Assembly: GCA_965112635.1 (NCBI GenBank)
Contig: OZ218778.1
Span: 1,568,001-1,632,000 of the forward strand
Direction of reading: 5' to 3'
Length of the DNA stretch: 64,000 nucleotides
From: an uncultured bacterium
Lineage (GTDB): Bacteria > Oederibacteriota > Oederibacteriia > Oederibacteriales > Oederibacteriaceae
Shown here: positions 47,214-57,052 of the stretch, in pieces
Numbering within the stretch: position 1 is the stretch's first letter
Layout of the letters: each line of letters opens with the position of its first letter
Notes under the pieces: generated by a model
Told to the model about the DNA's origin: nothing
Database searches by the model: none
The model's input: only the letters and a program-made list of their open reading frames with translations
Made by a program: the position numbers and the translations under genes

Positions 47214-48362
47214 TTGGACCAAAGCTTGAGAAAAATTCATGCGAGCGGGTGGGAAACCCTGGTAAGAGGCCTGAGGGATCTGGATTGGATCGTTCTCGGG
47301 TGCACCTTGCTCATCCTGGTCTTTGGCCTTTTGACCCTCTACAGCGCGGCGCAATCCCCAAGCGTAAGCTACACTTACCATTCGCTTTTATGGATCAAAC
47401 AGCTGATTTGGATCCTTATAGGTTTCCTGTCAATGATATTTTTCTATTATCTGGATTTTTATTCCCTGGTGGAATACATTTACCCTCTTTATTTCATCGC
47501 GCTTGGCCTTTTGGTCCTGGTGCTGGTCTTAGGACGCACCACGATGGGGGCGCAGAGGTGGTTTAACCTGGGTTTTATGCTGTTCCAGCCTTCGGAATTG
47601 GCCAAACTAACAGTGATCCTGATGATAGGCCGATACGTGGTTGAACATCACGAACAAATGCATACTTTTAAGAATTTTGTTTTCCCATTGCTGTATGCTT
47701 TACCGCCTTTGGTTCTGATCTATTTCCAACCGGATCTAGGCACTGCTCTTCTCCTTTTGCCTTTGGCGCTGATCCTGCTTTACATCGGAGGAGCCAGGCT
47801 CAGGTATCTTGTTTCTCTGCTGATCTTGTTCTTCGCGGGCTTACCTTTTGTCTGGTTCCTCCTCAGGGATTATCAAAAAAGCAGATTGATGGCTTTTTTG
47901 CGTCCGGAAATGGACCCTCTTGGGGGCGGTTACAGCATCATCCAATCCATCATCGCGATCGGTTCCGGAGGGGTGTTTGGCAAAGGGTGGCTTATGGGCA
48001 CCCAGATCCACAGGGACTTTATTCCGCAACACCACACTGATTTTATTTTCGCTGTCATCGGAGAAGAGTTGGGGTTTGCGGGGTCTTTTGTTCTGCTCTT
48101 TCTGTTCCTTATGCTGCTCATGCAGGGGTTGAAGATCTGCAAACAGGCCAGGGAACCGCTGGGTAGAATTCTTGCCTGCGGAGTGGTGTGTTTGTTCGGC
48201 TTGCAAATCTTCATCAATATCGGGATGACGGTCGGGTTAATGCCCATCACGGGTCTACCTTTACCCTTTTTGAGCTATGGAGGTTCTTCGTTGTTGATCA
48301 ATATGAGCGCCTTAGGGATATTGCTCAATGTGAACCGAAGGACCATGCGCCGTAGAAGATAG
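47214..48362 (+). CDS. rodA: Rod shape-determining protein RodA
   Basis: GAQRW, QPSELAK, QPDLGT, HTDFIF, PFLSYGGSS. Confidence 0.95.
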   Translation: MDQSLRKIHASGWETLVRGLRDLDWIVLGCTLLILVFGLLTLYSAAQSPSVSYTYHSLLWIKQLIWILIGFLSMIFFYYLDFYSLVEYIYPLYFIALGLLVLVLVLGRTTMGAQRWFNLGFMLFQPSELAKLTVILMIGRYVVEHHEQMHTFKNFVFPLLYALPPLVLIYFQPDLGTALLLLPLALILLYIGGARLRYLVSLLILFFAGLPFVWFLLRDYQKSRLMAFLRPEMDPLGGGYSIIQSIIAIGSGGVFGKGWLMGTQIHRDFIPQHHTDFIFAVIGEELGFAGSFVLLFLFLMLLMQGLKICKQAREPLGRILACGVVCLFGLQIFINIGMTVGLMPITGLPLPFLSYGGSSLLINMSALGILLNVNRRTMRRRR

Positions 48363-48384
48363 GGCCGGGGCTAAAGAAGGGAAT

Positions 48385-50157
48385 TTATTTCTGTATGATC
48401 TGGGTGTCCCAGCGGGATTTTAAATAGTAGGCAGCCATCTTGGGCTGGCGATCCCGCGTGAAAACGCCTTTACGATTGCCGGAGATCCTGGTGATACCCT
48501 GGGGAGTGGCGAAGTCGGCTAGGTTCCAAACATGCTCGCCAATAACGAAGTCCAACTTGTCAAATGTCTCGCAGTAGGCGTATAAAAGATCCGTCTGGAA
48601 TTCCTCGGAGAACATTTGCGACGGTATGGAGTGTATCCCGGCGATAGTATCTGCGCCGAATTCCGTCATCATCAAGGGCTTGTTGTATTTATTCTTCCAG
48701 GCCAATAGGTCGCTTTGCAGGAGATCGCGCACGAGGTCTATCCTACCGGACTGGGAATACCACCCAAAATAGCGGTTCAGGCAGATTACGTCCGCGAAGC
48801 GCCCACACCCATCCTTTTCAACCTGGGTGCAAAAGGCCATGGTTACGGGACGGGTGGAATCCAGCTGGTGCATTGCGGCAAAGACCCGTTCAAAATAGGG
48901 GGCCGCGTTCGTTTCTGCGGTGTCCGGTTCGTTGGCCACGCTCCACATGACGACACAGGGATGATTCTTGTCCCTGTCATAAAATTCCCTCAACATTTTG
49001 CAGTGTTTGGTCAGGGTTGTTTCGTTGATCCGTTCCGGGCAGAAAACCGGATACTTACCCCAGCCGTTCATGCCCACCGCAGGAGCCTCATCGATGACCA
49101 GGAGCCCCAGTTTATCCGCCAACCTGAGGGTTTCTTCGGAGTAGGGGTAGTGGGATGTCCTGAATGAATTGGCACCCAGCCATTTTAAAAGATTCAGATC
49201 TTTCTGGATGCGGGGAAGACTTTGCCCGCGGCCGGATAGATGAAAATCCTCGTGGCAAGCGCAACCCTTGAGGTAGATCGATTTGTCGTTCAGCAGGAGT
49301 TTGCCGTCTTTGACCTGGACGGTCCTGATGCCAAAAGTTTCGATGTACTGGTCAACAAGATCTTCTTTTTCATCCAAAAGTTCAACTTTTAACTGGTAAA
49401 GGCAGGGGTTGTCCGGCTCCCAAAGAGTAAAAGTGTCCAAGGCAATATTGCCGTAATCATTGATCTCATCCTTAGTCGCCACCACCTCGTCTTTTTGATT
49501 AACCACGGTTATCCGACGAAGGGCCGGAGGCTTGCCGGAAATCGTCAAATTATAGGCGATGCTGGCTTTGTTGTTCTCCAAGGAAGTGCGGATGATAATA
49601 TCCATAAGAAATGTGTAGGGAGTAGTATAGAGGCATACGTCACGATGAATCCCTGAATAATTGAAAAAGTCAAAGTTGTATACCTGGGTTTGTTCGTTGG
49701 TACCCTGGATAGTCTCCATGCACCCCGGAGGGATGGAATTCCAATCCAGGACATTATCCACCCTGACCGCGACGGTGTTGGGAAACCCTGTTTTTAAATA
49801 AGGCATTATTTCGGTTTCAAAAGGCAGGCTGCCGCCTTCATGCTCAGTGACAGGATGATTATTTACCCATACTTTCGCCCGATAATGGACGGCACCGAAG
49901 CGGATCCATACTTTTTGGTCTTGCCAGTGCTGGGGGATGAAGAAGCTCCGGAAATACCATACGCTGCCGTTGTGGTCCCGTAATTGCGTATGCTGGGTCA
50001 GGTCATTAAAACTGGCGGGAACGGACATAGGCTCGGGCTCAGGCAAGCCTTTAAACCATTCTTTTTTTAACCCGATACCCTCCGTGTCAATCTGGAAATC
50101 CCAGAATCCGTTCAAAGAGTGAAGCTCGCGCTTGGCGTTTTCCTGGGGATAAAGCAT
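48385..50157 (-). CDS. uidA: Beta-glucuronidase (GH2)
   Basis: FDFFNYSGIHR, NSFRTSHYPY, WSVANEP, NRYFGWY, TEFGAD, GNRKGVFTRDRQPK. Confidence 0.92.
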   Translation of the reverse strand: MLYPQENAKRELHSLNGFWDFQIDTEGIGLKKEWFKGLPEPEPMSVPASFNDLTQHTQLRDHNGSVWYFRSFFIPQHWQDQKVWIRFGAVHYRAKVWVNNHPVTEHEGGSLPFETEIMPYLKTGFPNTVAVRVDNVLDWNSIPPGCMETIQGTNEQTQVYNFDFFNYSGIHRDVCLYTTPYTFLMDIIIRTSLENNKASIAYNLTISGKPPALRRITVVNQKDEVVATKDEINDYGNIALDTFTLWEPDNPCLYQLKVELLDEKEDLVDQYIETFGIRTVQVKDGKLLLNDKSIYLKGCACHEDFHLSGRGQSLPRIQKDLNLLKWLGANSFRTSHYPYSEETLRLADKLGLLVIDEAPAVGMNGWGKYPVFCPERINETTLTKHCKMLREFYDRDKNHPCVVMWSVANEPDTAETNAAPYFERVFAAMHQLDSTRPVTMAFCTQVEKDGCGRFADVICLNRYFGWYSQSGRIDLVRDLLQSDLLAWKNKYNKPLMMTEFGADTIAGIHSIPSQMFSEEFQTDLLYAYCETFDKLDFVIGEHVWNLADFATPQGITRISGNRKGVFTRDRQPKMAAYYLKSRWDTQIIQK

Positions 50158-50354
50158 GCTGGCCTCCTCAAGCCGACGGGCATTAAACAATACTCTATTT
50201 TTACCCCTTTATTTCATTAAATCAAGTGCGACCTTGATGGATGTCGAATAGGGCTGCGCGTTTCCCCTTGTAAAAATTTAAAAGGAGTGAAGTATCAAGC
50301 ACTATCTCTTAATGATGCGGCCGATATGCTACACTAAATTTTTAACCACTTATA

Positions 50355-50458
50355 GTGGGTCCCCTACGGGCGATGCCCGTAGCTCCCACAAAACATTCAG
50401 TCCGCCTCCGGCGGACTGACCAAAGGAGTATCCTCCTTTGGAATCCTCTCGGAGAGGA
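50355..50458. repeat. Cluster of four hairpins (REP/MITE-like)
   Basis: CTACGGGC/GCCCGTAG, TCAGTCCGCC/GGCGGACTGA, CCAAAGGAG/CTCCTTTGG, TCCTCTC/GAGAGGA. Confidence 0.65.
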
Positions 50459-50567
50459 AGCTTTTTATTGTATTTGCGCTTATTCACCCACGGGCACATG
50501 CTAAAGCATGCGCGCTTTAGTGCGTAGCCCGTGGTTGAATAAGCGCTTTCCGATAAAAGGAAAAGGT

Positions 50568-53174
50568 ATGAACGTTAAACAGGGAAAACCGCTACGTCGT
50601 ATTTTGGAGCAGGATATTCTGCCCTTTGTAGAAAAACCAGCAAGGTATATAGGCGGAGAGTGGGGAGCAATCCATAAGGACTGGGATAAGGTCAAGGTCC
50701 GCTCTGTTTTACTGTTCCCTGAAATCTATGAAATCGGAATGTCATCCCTCGGTTTCCAGATCCTTTATCAAATCATCAATAGGGATACGGATTTTTTGGC
50801 GGAAAGGGCATATCTTCCCTGGACCGATATGATGGCCAAAATGGGGGAATATCAAATACCTTTGTACGCCCTGGAGTCCTTTACCCCTCTGAATGATTTC
50901 GATGTTGTCGCGACGACTTTGCAATATGAAACAGGCTTTACCAATGTTCTACAGTGCATCCATCTGGCTGGGCAGAGTGTTTTAGCCAAGGAGAGAGCAG
51001 AAACTTTTCCTTTGTGGATAGGCGGGGGGCCTTGCGCGGTCAATCCCGAGCCTATGGCGGATTTTCTGGACGCTTTTGTGCTCGGTGACGGGGAAGAGGT
51101 TTTTTTAGAACTCCTTGAGACCGTGCGAACAGCCAAAGAGAGCAGCCATAAAAATCTGGTCCGCAAGCAAGATTTGCTCAGGAGGCTGGCCGGTATCCCC
51201 GGGGTGTACGTGCCGAGCTTGTACGCCCCATCTTACCAAGCCGACCGCACTCTGGCCTCTTTGGACCCGGTGGATGACGATGTGCCAAAAACTGTCCGCA
51301 GGAGAGCCGTTAAAGATATCAGCAAGGACAGCCAGCCCCAGCGTATAGTTCCTCTCCTCAATATCATCCATGATCGGCTGGGCATCGAGCTTTTTAGGGG
51401 GTGCACCCGGGGCTGCCGGTTCTGCCAGCCCGGGATGGTCTCGCGTCCGGTCCGCGAATGTTCTCCGGCCAACGTGGAAGAACGGACCCTTCAAGCCTTA
51501 GGCCTGACCGGATACGAGGAAGTGACCTTTTCCTCCCTGAGCAGCGGCGATTATTCCGGACTCAAGCAGTTCATTCCCCGTATCATGATTGTTTTGTCCA
51601 AGTCCACGACCGCCGTTTCCCTGCCGTCGCTGCGGATGGACGGGTTTTCCGCGTCGGTCGCCAAGGAGATCAAAAGGGTAAGGAGCACGGGACTGACCTT
51701 TGCCCCGGAGGCGGGGACCGAGAGGCTGCGCAAATTCATCAATAAAGAAGCTCCGGAATCCTTGCTGCTGGAGAACAGCCGCCAGGTCTATTTGCAGGGG
51801 TGGCGCTCCATCAAGCTGTATTTCATGGTGGGACTACCTTCGGAAACGGACGCAGACCTGCAGGGGATCGTGGATTTAGCACAAAAGATCCGGGAGGTTG
51901 GCCGCCGCCTGGACAAGCAGAACACCGTGCACGTCAGCCTTTCCACTTTTGTTCCCAAGAGCCACACGCCTTTCCAGTGGGAAGCCCAAATAAACCTCGA
52001 GCAGATGCAGGCCAAGATACAGTTCATCCGCAACAGCCTGAGAGGGATCAAGGTCAGCTGGCAGGAACCCAAACTCAGTCTCCTGGAAGGCGTGTTCACC
52101 CGGGGTGACCGCAGGCTGGGAGAGGTGCTGTACCGGGCCTGGAAAAAAGGGTGCCTGTTTGATGCCTGGTCCGAGCGGCTCAACTGGGGAGCCTGGCAGG
52201 AGGCGTTCGCAGAAACCGGCTTGGACCAGGCTTTTTATGCCAGCCGGATGCGCGGAGAAAACGAGGTTTTTCCCTGGGACCGGATGGATTGCGGGACCAC
52301 CAAAGAGTTCCTTTGGGCCGAGCGCCAAAAAGCCTACGGGGAACAGACCCGGGAAGATTGCCGCTGGGCCGGTTGCTATTCCTGTGGGTCTTGTTCACCT
52401 GACCAAGTTCAACAGCAGGCCGTCAAGGGGCTAAAAAAGCCCCAGCCTGACCAGCCCGACGAGACCAAGTACCCAAAAACAGAAATAGATGAAAAGCCGG
52501 CTAGATTATTGCGCCAGCGCTTGAGGGTTAAGTTTTCCAAGCAGGGCGATTTACGGTTCGTTTCTCACCTGGACCTTCTAAATATCTGGCGGAGAATGTT
52601 CCGGCGGTCCGGGATAGATATCGCTTTTACCCAGGGGTTTCATCCCAAGCCCAAAATCAGTTTTTCGCCGGCTTTAGCCTTGGGTGTTTCCAGCCTTGCA
52701 GAGTATTTTGATGTACATCTGGTCACCTCCATGAGGGCGGAGGAGTTCCAGGAAAGATTGGGGTCCCAGTGCCCGCCGGGCCTGGAGATTTTAGGGGTCA
52801 GGGAAATGCCCCTGGTATGTCGGCCGCTTAACGAGATCATCCGTTATGGGGAATATCTGGTCAGAGGTCAATTCGACGGGGCTGTTCCTGCGGATTGGGC
52901 CAAACATTTGTTGCAGATGGACGGGCGCCCAGGTTTTGAGGGGACTTCGTTCGCGCTCCTAACCTGGGAACCGCCCCGGTTGGAGTTTAAAGTCACCCGT
53001 GAGGTCATCGACAGCCAGACCGCCCAAACCCAGGGGGTCAAAGCAAGGAAGCTGTCCGATCTTTTGCAGGAAGCTCTGGGGATAGACAGGCATACGGTCA
53101 AAAAATTGGAGATCACCAGAAAAGGTCTTTACGCCATACAGAACGGACAATTGATAGAGCCGTGGTTACCTTAG
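50568..53174 (+). CDS. TIGR03960-type B12-binding radical SAM protein fused to a TIGR03936-type domain
   Basis: VEKPARYIGGE, CTRGCRFC, TFAPEAG; C-terminal RFVSHLD..GFHPKPKISF. Confidence 0.92.
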   Translation: MNVKQGKPLRRILEQDILPFVEKPARYIGGEWGAIHKDWDKVKVRSVLLFPEIYEIGMSSLGFQILYQIINRDTDFLAERAYLPWTDMMAKMGEYQIPLYALESFTPLNDFDVVATTLQYETGFTNVLQCIHLAGQSVLAKERAETFPLWIGGGPCAVNPEPMADFLDAFVLGDGEEVFLELLETVRTAKESSHKNLVRKQDLLRRLAGIPGVYVPSLYAPSYQADRTLASLDPVDDDVPKTVRRRAVKDISKDSQPQRIVPLLNIIHDRLGIELFRGCTRGCRFCQPGMVSRPVRECSPANVEERTLQALGLTGYEEVTFSSLSSGDYSGLKQFIPRIMIVLSKSTTAVSLPSLRMDGFSASVAKEIKRVRSTGLTFAPEAGTERLRKFINKEAPESLLLENSRQVYLQGWRSIKLYFMVGLPSETDADLQGIVDLAQKIREVGRRLDKQNTVHVSLSTFVPKSHTPFQWEAQINLEQMQAKIQFIRNSLRGIKVSWQEPKLSLLEGVFTRGDRRLGEVLYRAWKKGCLFDAWSERLNWGAWQEAFAETGLDQAFYASRMRGENEVFPWDRMDCGTTKEFLWAERQKAYGEQTREDCRWAGCYSCGSCSPDQVQQQAVKGLKKPQPDQPDETKYPKTEIDEKPARLLRQRLRVKFSKQGDLRFVSHLDLLNIWRRMFRRSGIDIAFTQGFHPKPKISFSPALALGVSSLAEYFDVHLVTSMRAEEFQERLGSQCPPGLEILGVREMPLVCRPLNEIIRYGEYLVRGQFDGAVPADWAKHLLQMDGRPGFEGTSFALLTWEPPRLEFKVTREVIDSQTAQTQGVKARKLSDLLQEALGIDRHTVKKLEITRKGLYAIQNGQLIEPWLP

Positions 53175-53191
53175 CCATAGGGAGAGCAAGC

Positions 53192-54400
53192 ATGCTGGGT
53201 CAAGTCATCTTAAAGAAGCACGAAGAGGCGAGGATCAAAAAAGGGCATCCCTGGATATTCGATAACGAAATCAGTAAAGTGGAAGGAAACCCAGATCCTG
53301 GAAGTTTTGTGGAGGTGATTGACCCAAAAGGCTTTTTTCTGGGTCAAGGGTATATCAACCCCCGTTCCAAAATCATGGTCAGGCTGATGACCCACCAGTA
53401 CCGCTTTACGGACGGCCAGCACCCTGAAGAGGATTTTGCAGGCCTGGTAAAAAAAAGGGTCCTGCAAGCCTTGGAACACCGCCAAAAATATATTGCCAAA
53501 CACAATCAAGCCTACCGAGTCCTGTTCAGCGAAGGTGACCGCTTGCCTGGACTTATCGTGGATAAATACGGCCCTTTGCTGGCCGTACAATTTTTGACCC
53601 TGGGCATGGAGCTACGAAGAGCCGCCATCCTGAAGATTTTGGACCAGTCCCTGAGGCCAGAGGTCATCCATGAACGCAGCGATACCAGGTCCAGGGAAAT
53701 GGAGGGGCTCAAAAGGCAATCAGGTTTCCTAAAAAAACCAAAGCATTTCGGGGAAAAAGATGTTGTCTGGTTCCAGGACGGGGAATTAAGTTTTTCTTAT
53801 GACCCTGCCGGACAAAAAACAGGTTACTTCCTGGACCAATCAGAGAATCGGCAGGCGTTAAAACCATATGTCAAAGGGGCCAAGGTGTTGGACTGCTTTT
53901 GTTACAGCGGAGCTTTTAGCCTTTATAGCGCCTTGTACGGCGCTCAGGAAGTGCTTGGCGTTGATTCCTCTCGGACAGCCATCGAGCAGGCGCGCCGAAA
54001 TGCGGTCAAGAATGGCCTGACTAAAGTGACTTTTGAAGAAAGGGATGTGCTGGAAAGTTTGCGGGCCTTTGGCAGCGCAGGACAAACCTTTGATGTCATC
54101 ATTATGGACCCTCCGGCGTTCGCCAAACAAAAAAAGGATGTGCCTGCCGCGAAAAAAGGATATTTGGAGATCAACAGGTTGGCCTTGGAGCTTTTAACAA
54201 AACACGGCACTTTGGTCAGCTGTTCCTGTTCCCACTACCTTGACCGCTCAGCATTCATGAAAATACTCGATCTGGCTGCGGTGCAGGCCAAGCGTTCTTG
54301 TAAGTTAGTGGAATTCCGAAAGCAGCCTAAGGACCATCCGGTGCTTGCCGCCGTGCCTGAGACAGATTACTTGAAATGCGCTATATTGAGAGCGCAATGA
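53192..54400 (+). CDS. rlmI: RlmI-like rRNA m5C methyltransferase
   Basis: GHPWIF (PUA), EGDRLPGL, GQKTGYFLDQ, DPPAF, CSCS, YLK. Confidence 0.85.
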   Translation: MLGQVILKKHEEARIKKGHPWIFDNEISKVEGNPDPGSFVEVIDPKGFFLGQGYINPRSKIMVRLMTHQYRFTDGQHPEEDFAGLVKKRVLQALEHRQKYIAKHNQAYRVLFSEGDRLPGLIVDKYGPLLAVQFLTLGMELRRAAILKILDQSLRPEVIHERSDTRSREMEGLKRQSGFLKKPKHFGEKDVVWFQDGELSFSYDPAGQKTGYFLDQSENRQALKPYVKGAKVLDCFCYSGAFSLYSALYGAQEVLGVDSSRTAIEQARRNAVKNGLTKVTFEERDVLESLRAFGSAGQTFDVIIMDPPAFAKQKKDVPAAKKGYLEINRLALELLTKHGTLVSCSCSHYLDRSAFMKILDLAAVQAKRSCKLVEFRKQPKDHPVLAAVPETDYLKCAILRAQ

Positions 54401-54464
54401 TTTGGATTGTTTGACCGCTTTTTCCCTTCCTGATAATATTTAATCAGTTCGACGGGAGGCATTG

Positions 54465-56135
54465 ATGAACAAATTGTTTTTTGGGGTTGTTATCTGCCTT
54501 TTAACAGGCACCGTGGTGTTGCGCGCAGATGTTGAGATTGACAAAAATTCCCCTGACAGCCAAGCCATCTATTATTACCTGGCCGGCCTGCTTGCCGAAC
54601 AGCAGGACCAAACTGATCAGGCCATCCAATTTTATCAAGCAGCTGCTGAGCATGATCCTGAATCATCTGCACCGAACTTAAAGCTGGCCCAAATCTATTT
54701 GGATAAAAATGATGAAAATAAAGCCACGGAAATTTGTCTGAAAATAACAGCGAAAAATCCCAACGAGATCAAAGCGCATGGTATCTTAGGGGCCATCTAT
54801 AATCATCAAGGAAAAGCCAAAGCGGCTATCGAGGAGTATGAGAAGGTCCTCAGCCTCGACCCCTTGAATCAGGACGCCTATTTTGCTTTGGGTTCTGTGT
54901 ATTTGAGCGAAAAGGAATATCAGAAATCGTTAGCGAATTTCAAAAAAGTAACCGCTTTAAACCCGGATTCAGCCTCGGCTTTCTTTAATATTGGGCTGGT
55001 TTATTCTGAGATGGACAAGTTTGATCTGGCTTTCGCCCAATACCAAAAAGCGGCTGAGCTGGACGGCCGTTATGTGGACGCCTACAACCGCCTGGGATTG
55101 GCCTACGAGATGAGGGGAGACCTTGATCATGCTGCCCAGATGTACCTGGCTTTGTTGGAGAAAGATCCTGAAAATACTAGCGCTAGGATTAAGCTCATCA
55201 ATGTTTATCGACAACAGAAAAATTGGGATAAAGCGCTTGAAGAGTACCGTAATCTAGTGAGCGTGGAGCCGGACAACCAAGAGGCTTACCAGTCCATGGG
55301 GCTCATAGCCTACAATATCAAGCATTACGAAGAAGCTGTGCCTTATCTTAAAAAAGCCTTGGAACTCAAGCCAGACAATTTACTTGGATATTTTTATTTG
55401 GGGGCATGTGAGTCAGCTTTAGCCCATTATACTGAAGCAGAAATTGATTTCAAAAAAGTCCTTGAACTAGACCCCAAGATGGCTGAAGGGTATGTGCAGC
55501 TGGGCTTGATCTATGACAAACAGCAAAAGCCCCAAAAAACCATCGAGATCTTTGAAAAAGGCGTATTTGGCTTGCCAAAAAACTCGGAGCTCAACCTGTT
55601 TTTGGGACTGGCCTATAGTTCAGCAAAAGAATATGAAAAGGCCGTGCCGAGCTATGAGAACTGTATTGAGCTGGCTCCTGACGAAGAAGTCGCCTATTTC
55701 CAGCTTGGAATCGCGCTGGATAAACTGGGGAAGAGCGATAAGGCCATTGAGCAGTTCTATAAAGTTATTAAAGTAAACCCTAAGAATGCTGAAGCCTATA
55801 ATTACATTGGCTATTCCTATGCCGACAAGGGAATTAAATTGGATGAAGCGGTCAATCTCATAAAACAGTCCTTGGAGCTTGACCCAATGAACGGTTTTTA
55901 TGAAGACAGCCTTGGCTGGACCTATTACAAACAAGGGCTTTACCAGCAGGCCCTGGAATTACTGGAACAAGCCGTGGAACATACAAAACAGAACGCCGAG
56001 CCCGTCATCCAGGAGCACCTTGGTGACGTTTACCTAAGACTGGGCGAACCAGGCAAGGCCAAACAGGCCTGGCAAAAATCCCTTAAACTTGATCCAACCA
56101 ATGAGGTCCTCAAGCGGAAGATCAAGGATAACTAA
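54465..56135 (+). CDS. TPR-repeat exported protein
   Basis: Signal peptide; many TPRs; NYIGYSYA..DSLGW..EHLGDVY. Confidence 0.9.
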   Translation: MNKLFFGVVICLLTGTVVLRADVEIDKNSPDSQAIYYYLAGLLAEQQDQTDQAIQFYQAAAEHDPESSAPNLKLAQIYLDKNDENKATEICLKITAKNPNEIKAHGILGAIYNHQGKAKAAIEEYEKVLSLDPLNQDAYFALGSVYLSEKEYQKSLANFKKVTALNPDSASAFFNIGLVYSEMDKFDLAFAQYQKAAELDGRYVDAYNRLGLAYEMRGDLDHAAQMYLALLEKDPENTSARIKLINVYRQQKNWDKALEEYRNLVSVEPDNQEAYQSMGLIAYNIKHYEEAVPYLKKALELKPDNLLGYFYLGACESALAHYTEAEIDFKKVLELDPKMAEGYVQLGLIYDKQQKPQKTIEIFEKGVFGLPKNSELNLFLGLAYSSAKEYEKAVPSYENCIELAPDEEVAYFQLGIALDKLGKSDKAIEQFYKVIKVNPKNAEAYNYIGYSYADKGIKLDEAVNLIKQSLELDPMNGFYEDSLGWTYYKQGLYQQALELLEQAVEHTKQNAEPVIQEHLGDVYLRLGEPGKAKQAWQKSLKLDPTNEVLKRKIKDN

Positions 56136-56179
56136 GCGAGAAAGATCTGATCAATCATCCCTGACTGGGAGGAAATTCC

Positions 56180-57034
56180 GTGAAGAAACTCCAGATCAAT
56201 GCTTTTGCCAAAATCAATTTGATTCTATTGGTCAAAGGCAAAAGATCCGATGGATACCATGAATTAAAAACCGTTTTCCAGGAGATTAACCTTAAAGATG
56301 TGATCAGGCTCGAGTCGCAGAGCGCGAAGATCAGTCTGTTTGCTCGCGGTCTTAGCGTCCCAAAAGGAAAAGAAAACCTTGCCGTCAAAGCCGCCTTATT
56401 GCTGAAACAAGAGGCTGATATCCCTGGAGCAGGCGTAAAGATAATTCTTGATAAGAGAATACCCGCCGGGGCTGGTTTGGGCGGGGGGAGCAGTGATGCC
56501 GCTGCTGTGCTCAAGGGTTTAAATCAGTTGTGGGGATTGAGGTGGCCGGTAAGGAGATTACTAGGTCTCGCGGCTAAACTAGGTTCTGATGTGCCCTTTT
56601 TCTTAAAAGGAGGGACCGTGTTAGCGAGAGGAAGAGGGGAGAAGTTCTCTGTTTTTCCACATTTGCCTCGAAAATGGGTTGTCTTAGCCTGGCCTGGTTT
56701 TAGTGTTTCTACTAAATGGGTTTTCAGCCAATATAGGGCTCGGTTGTTTAAAGGTAAGCCCCGTGTTAAACTTCTTGCTCAAGCTATCCAAAGGAACAGG
56801 ATGGACCAAGCTTTTCCCTTGCTGGCCAATGACCTGGAAAATGTAGTTTTGAAAAAATATCCGGTCCTCCAAGCCATTAAAGACAAGATGGCCCAGTTCG
56901 GTGCATGCGCCAGCCTGATGACAGGAAGCGGAAGCATGGTTTTTGGCATGGTCAGGAGCAGAAAACAGGGCGAATGGCTGGCCAAACAGATGAAACCTTA
57001 TTGTAAAAAGACCTGGGTCGTCAGCACCAGATAG
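56180..57034 (+). CDS. ispE: 4-diphosphocytidyl-2-C-methyl-D-erythritol kinase
   Basis: AKINL, DGYHEL, KRIPAGAGLGGGSSDAA, GSDVPFF, MTGSGS. Confidence 0.97.
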   Translation: MKKLQINAFAKINLILLVKGKRSDGYHELKTVFQEINLKDVIRLESQSAKISLFARGLSVPKGKENLAVKAALLLKQEADIPGAGVKIILDKRIPAGAGLGGGSSDAAAVLKGLNQLWGLRWPVRRLLGLAAKLGSDVPFFLKGGTVLARGRGEKFSVFPHLPRKWVVLAWPGFSVSTKWVFSQYRARLFKGKPRVKLLAQAIQRNRMDQAFPLLANDLENVVLKKYPVLQAIKDKMAQFGACASLMTGSGSMVFGMVRSRKQGEWLAKQMKPYCKKTWVVSTR

Positions 57035-57052
57035 CTTTTTTCCCGCCAACGA

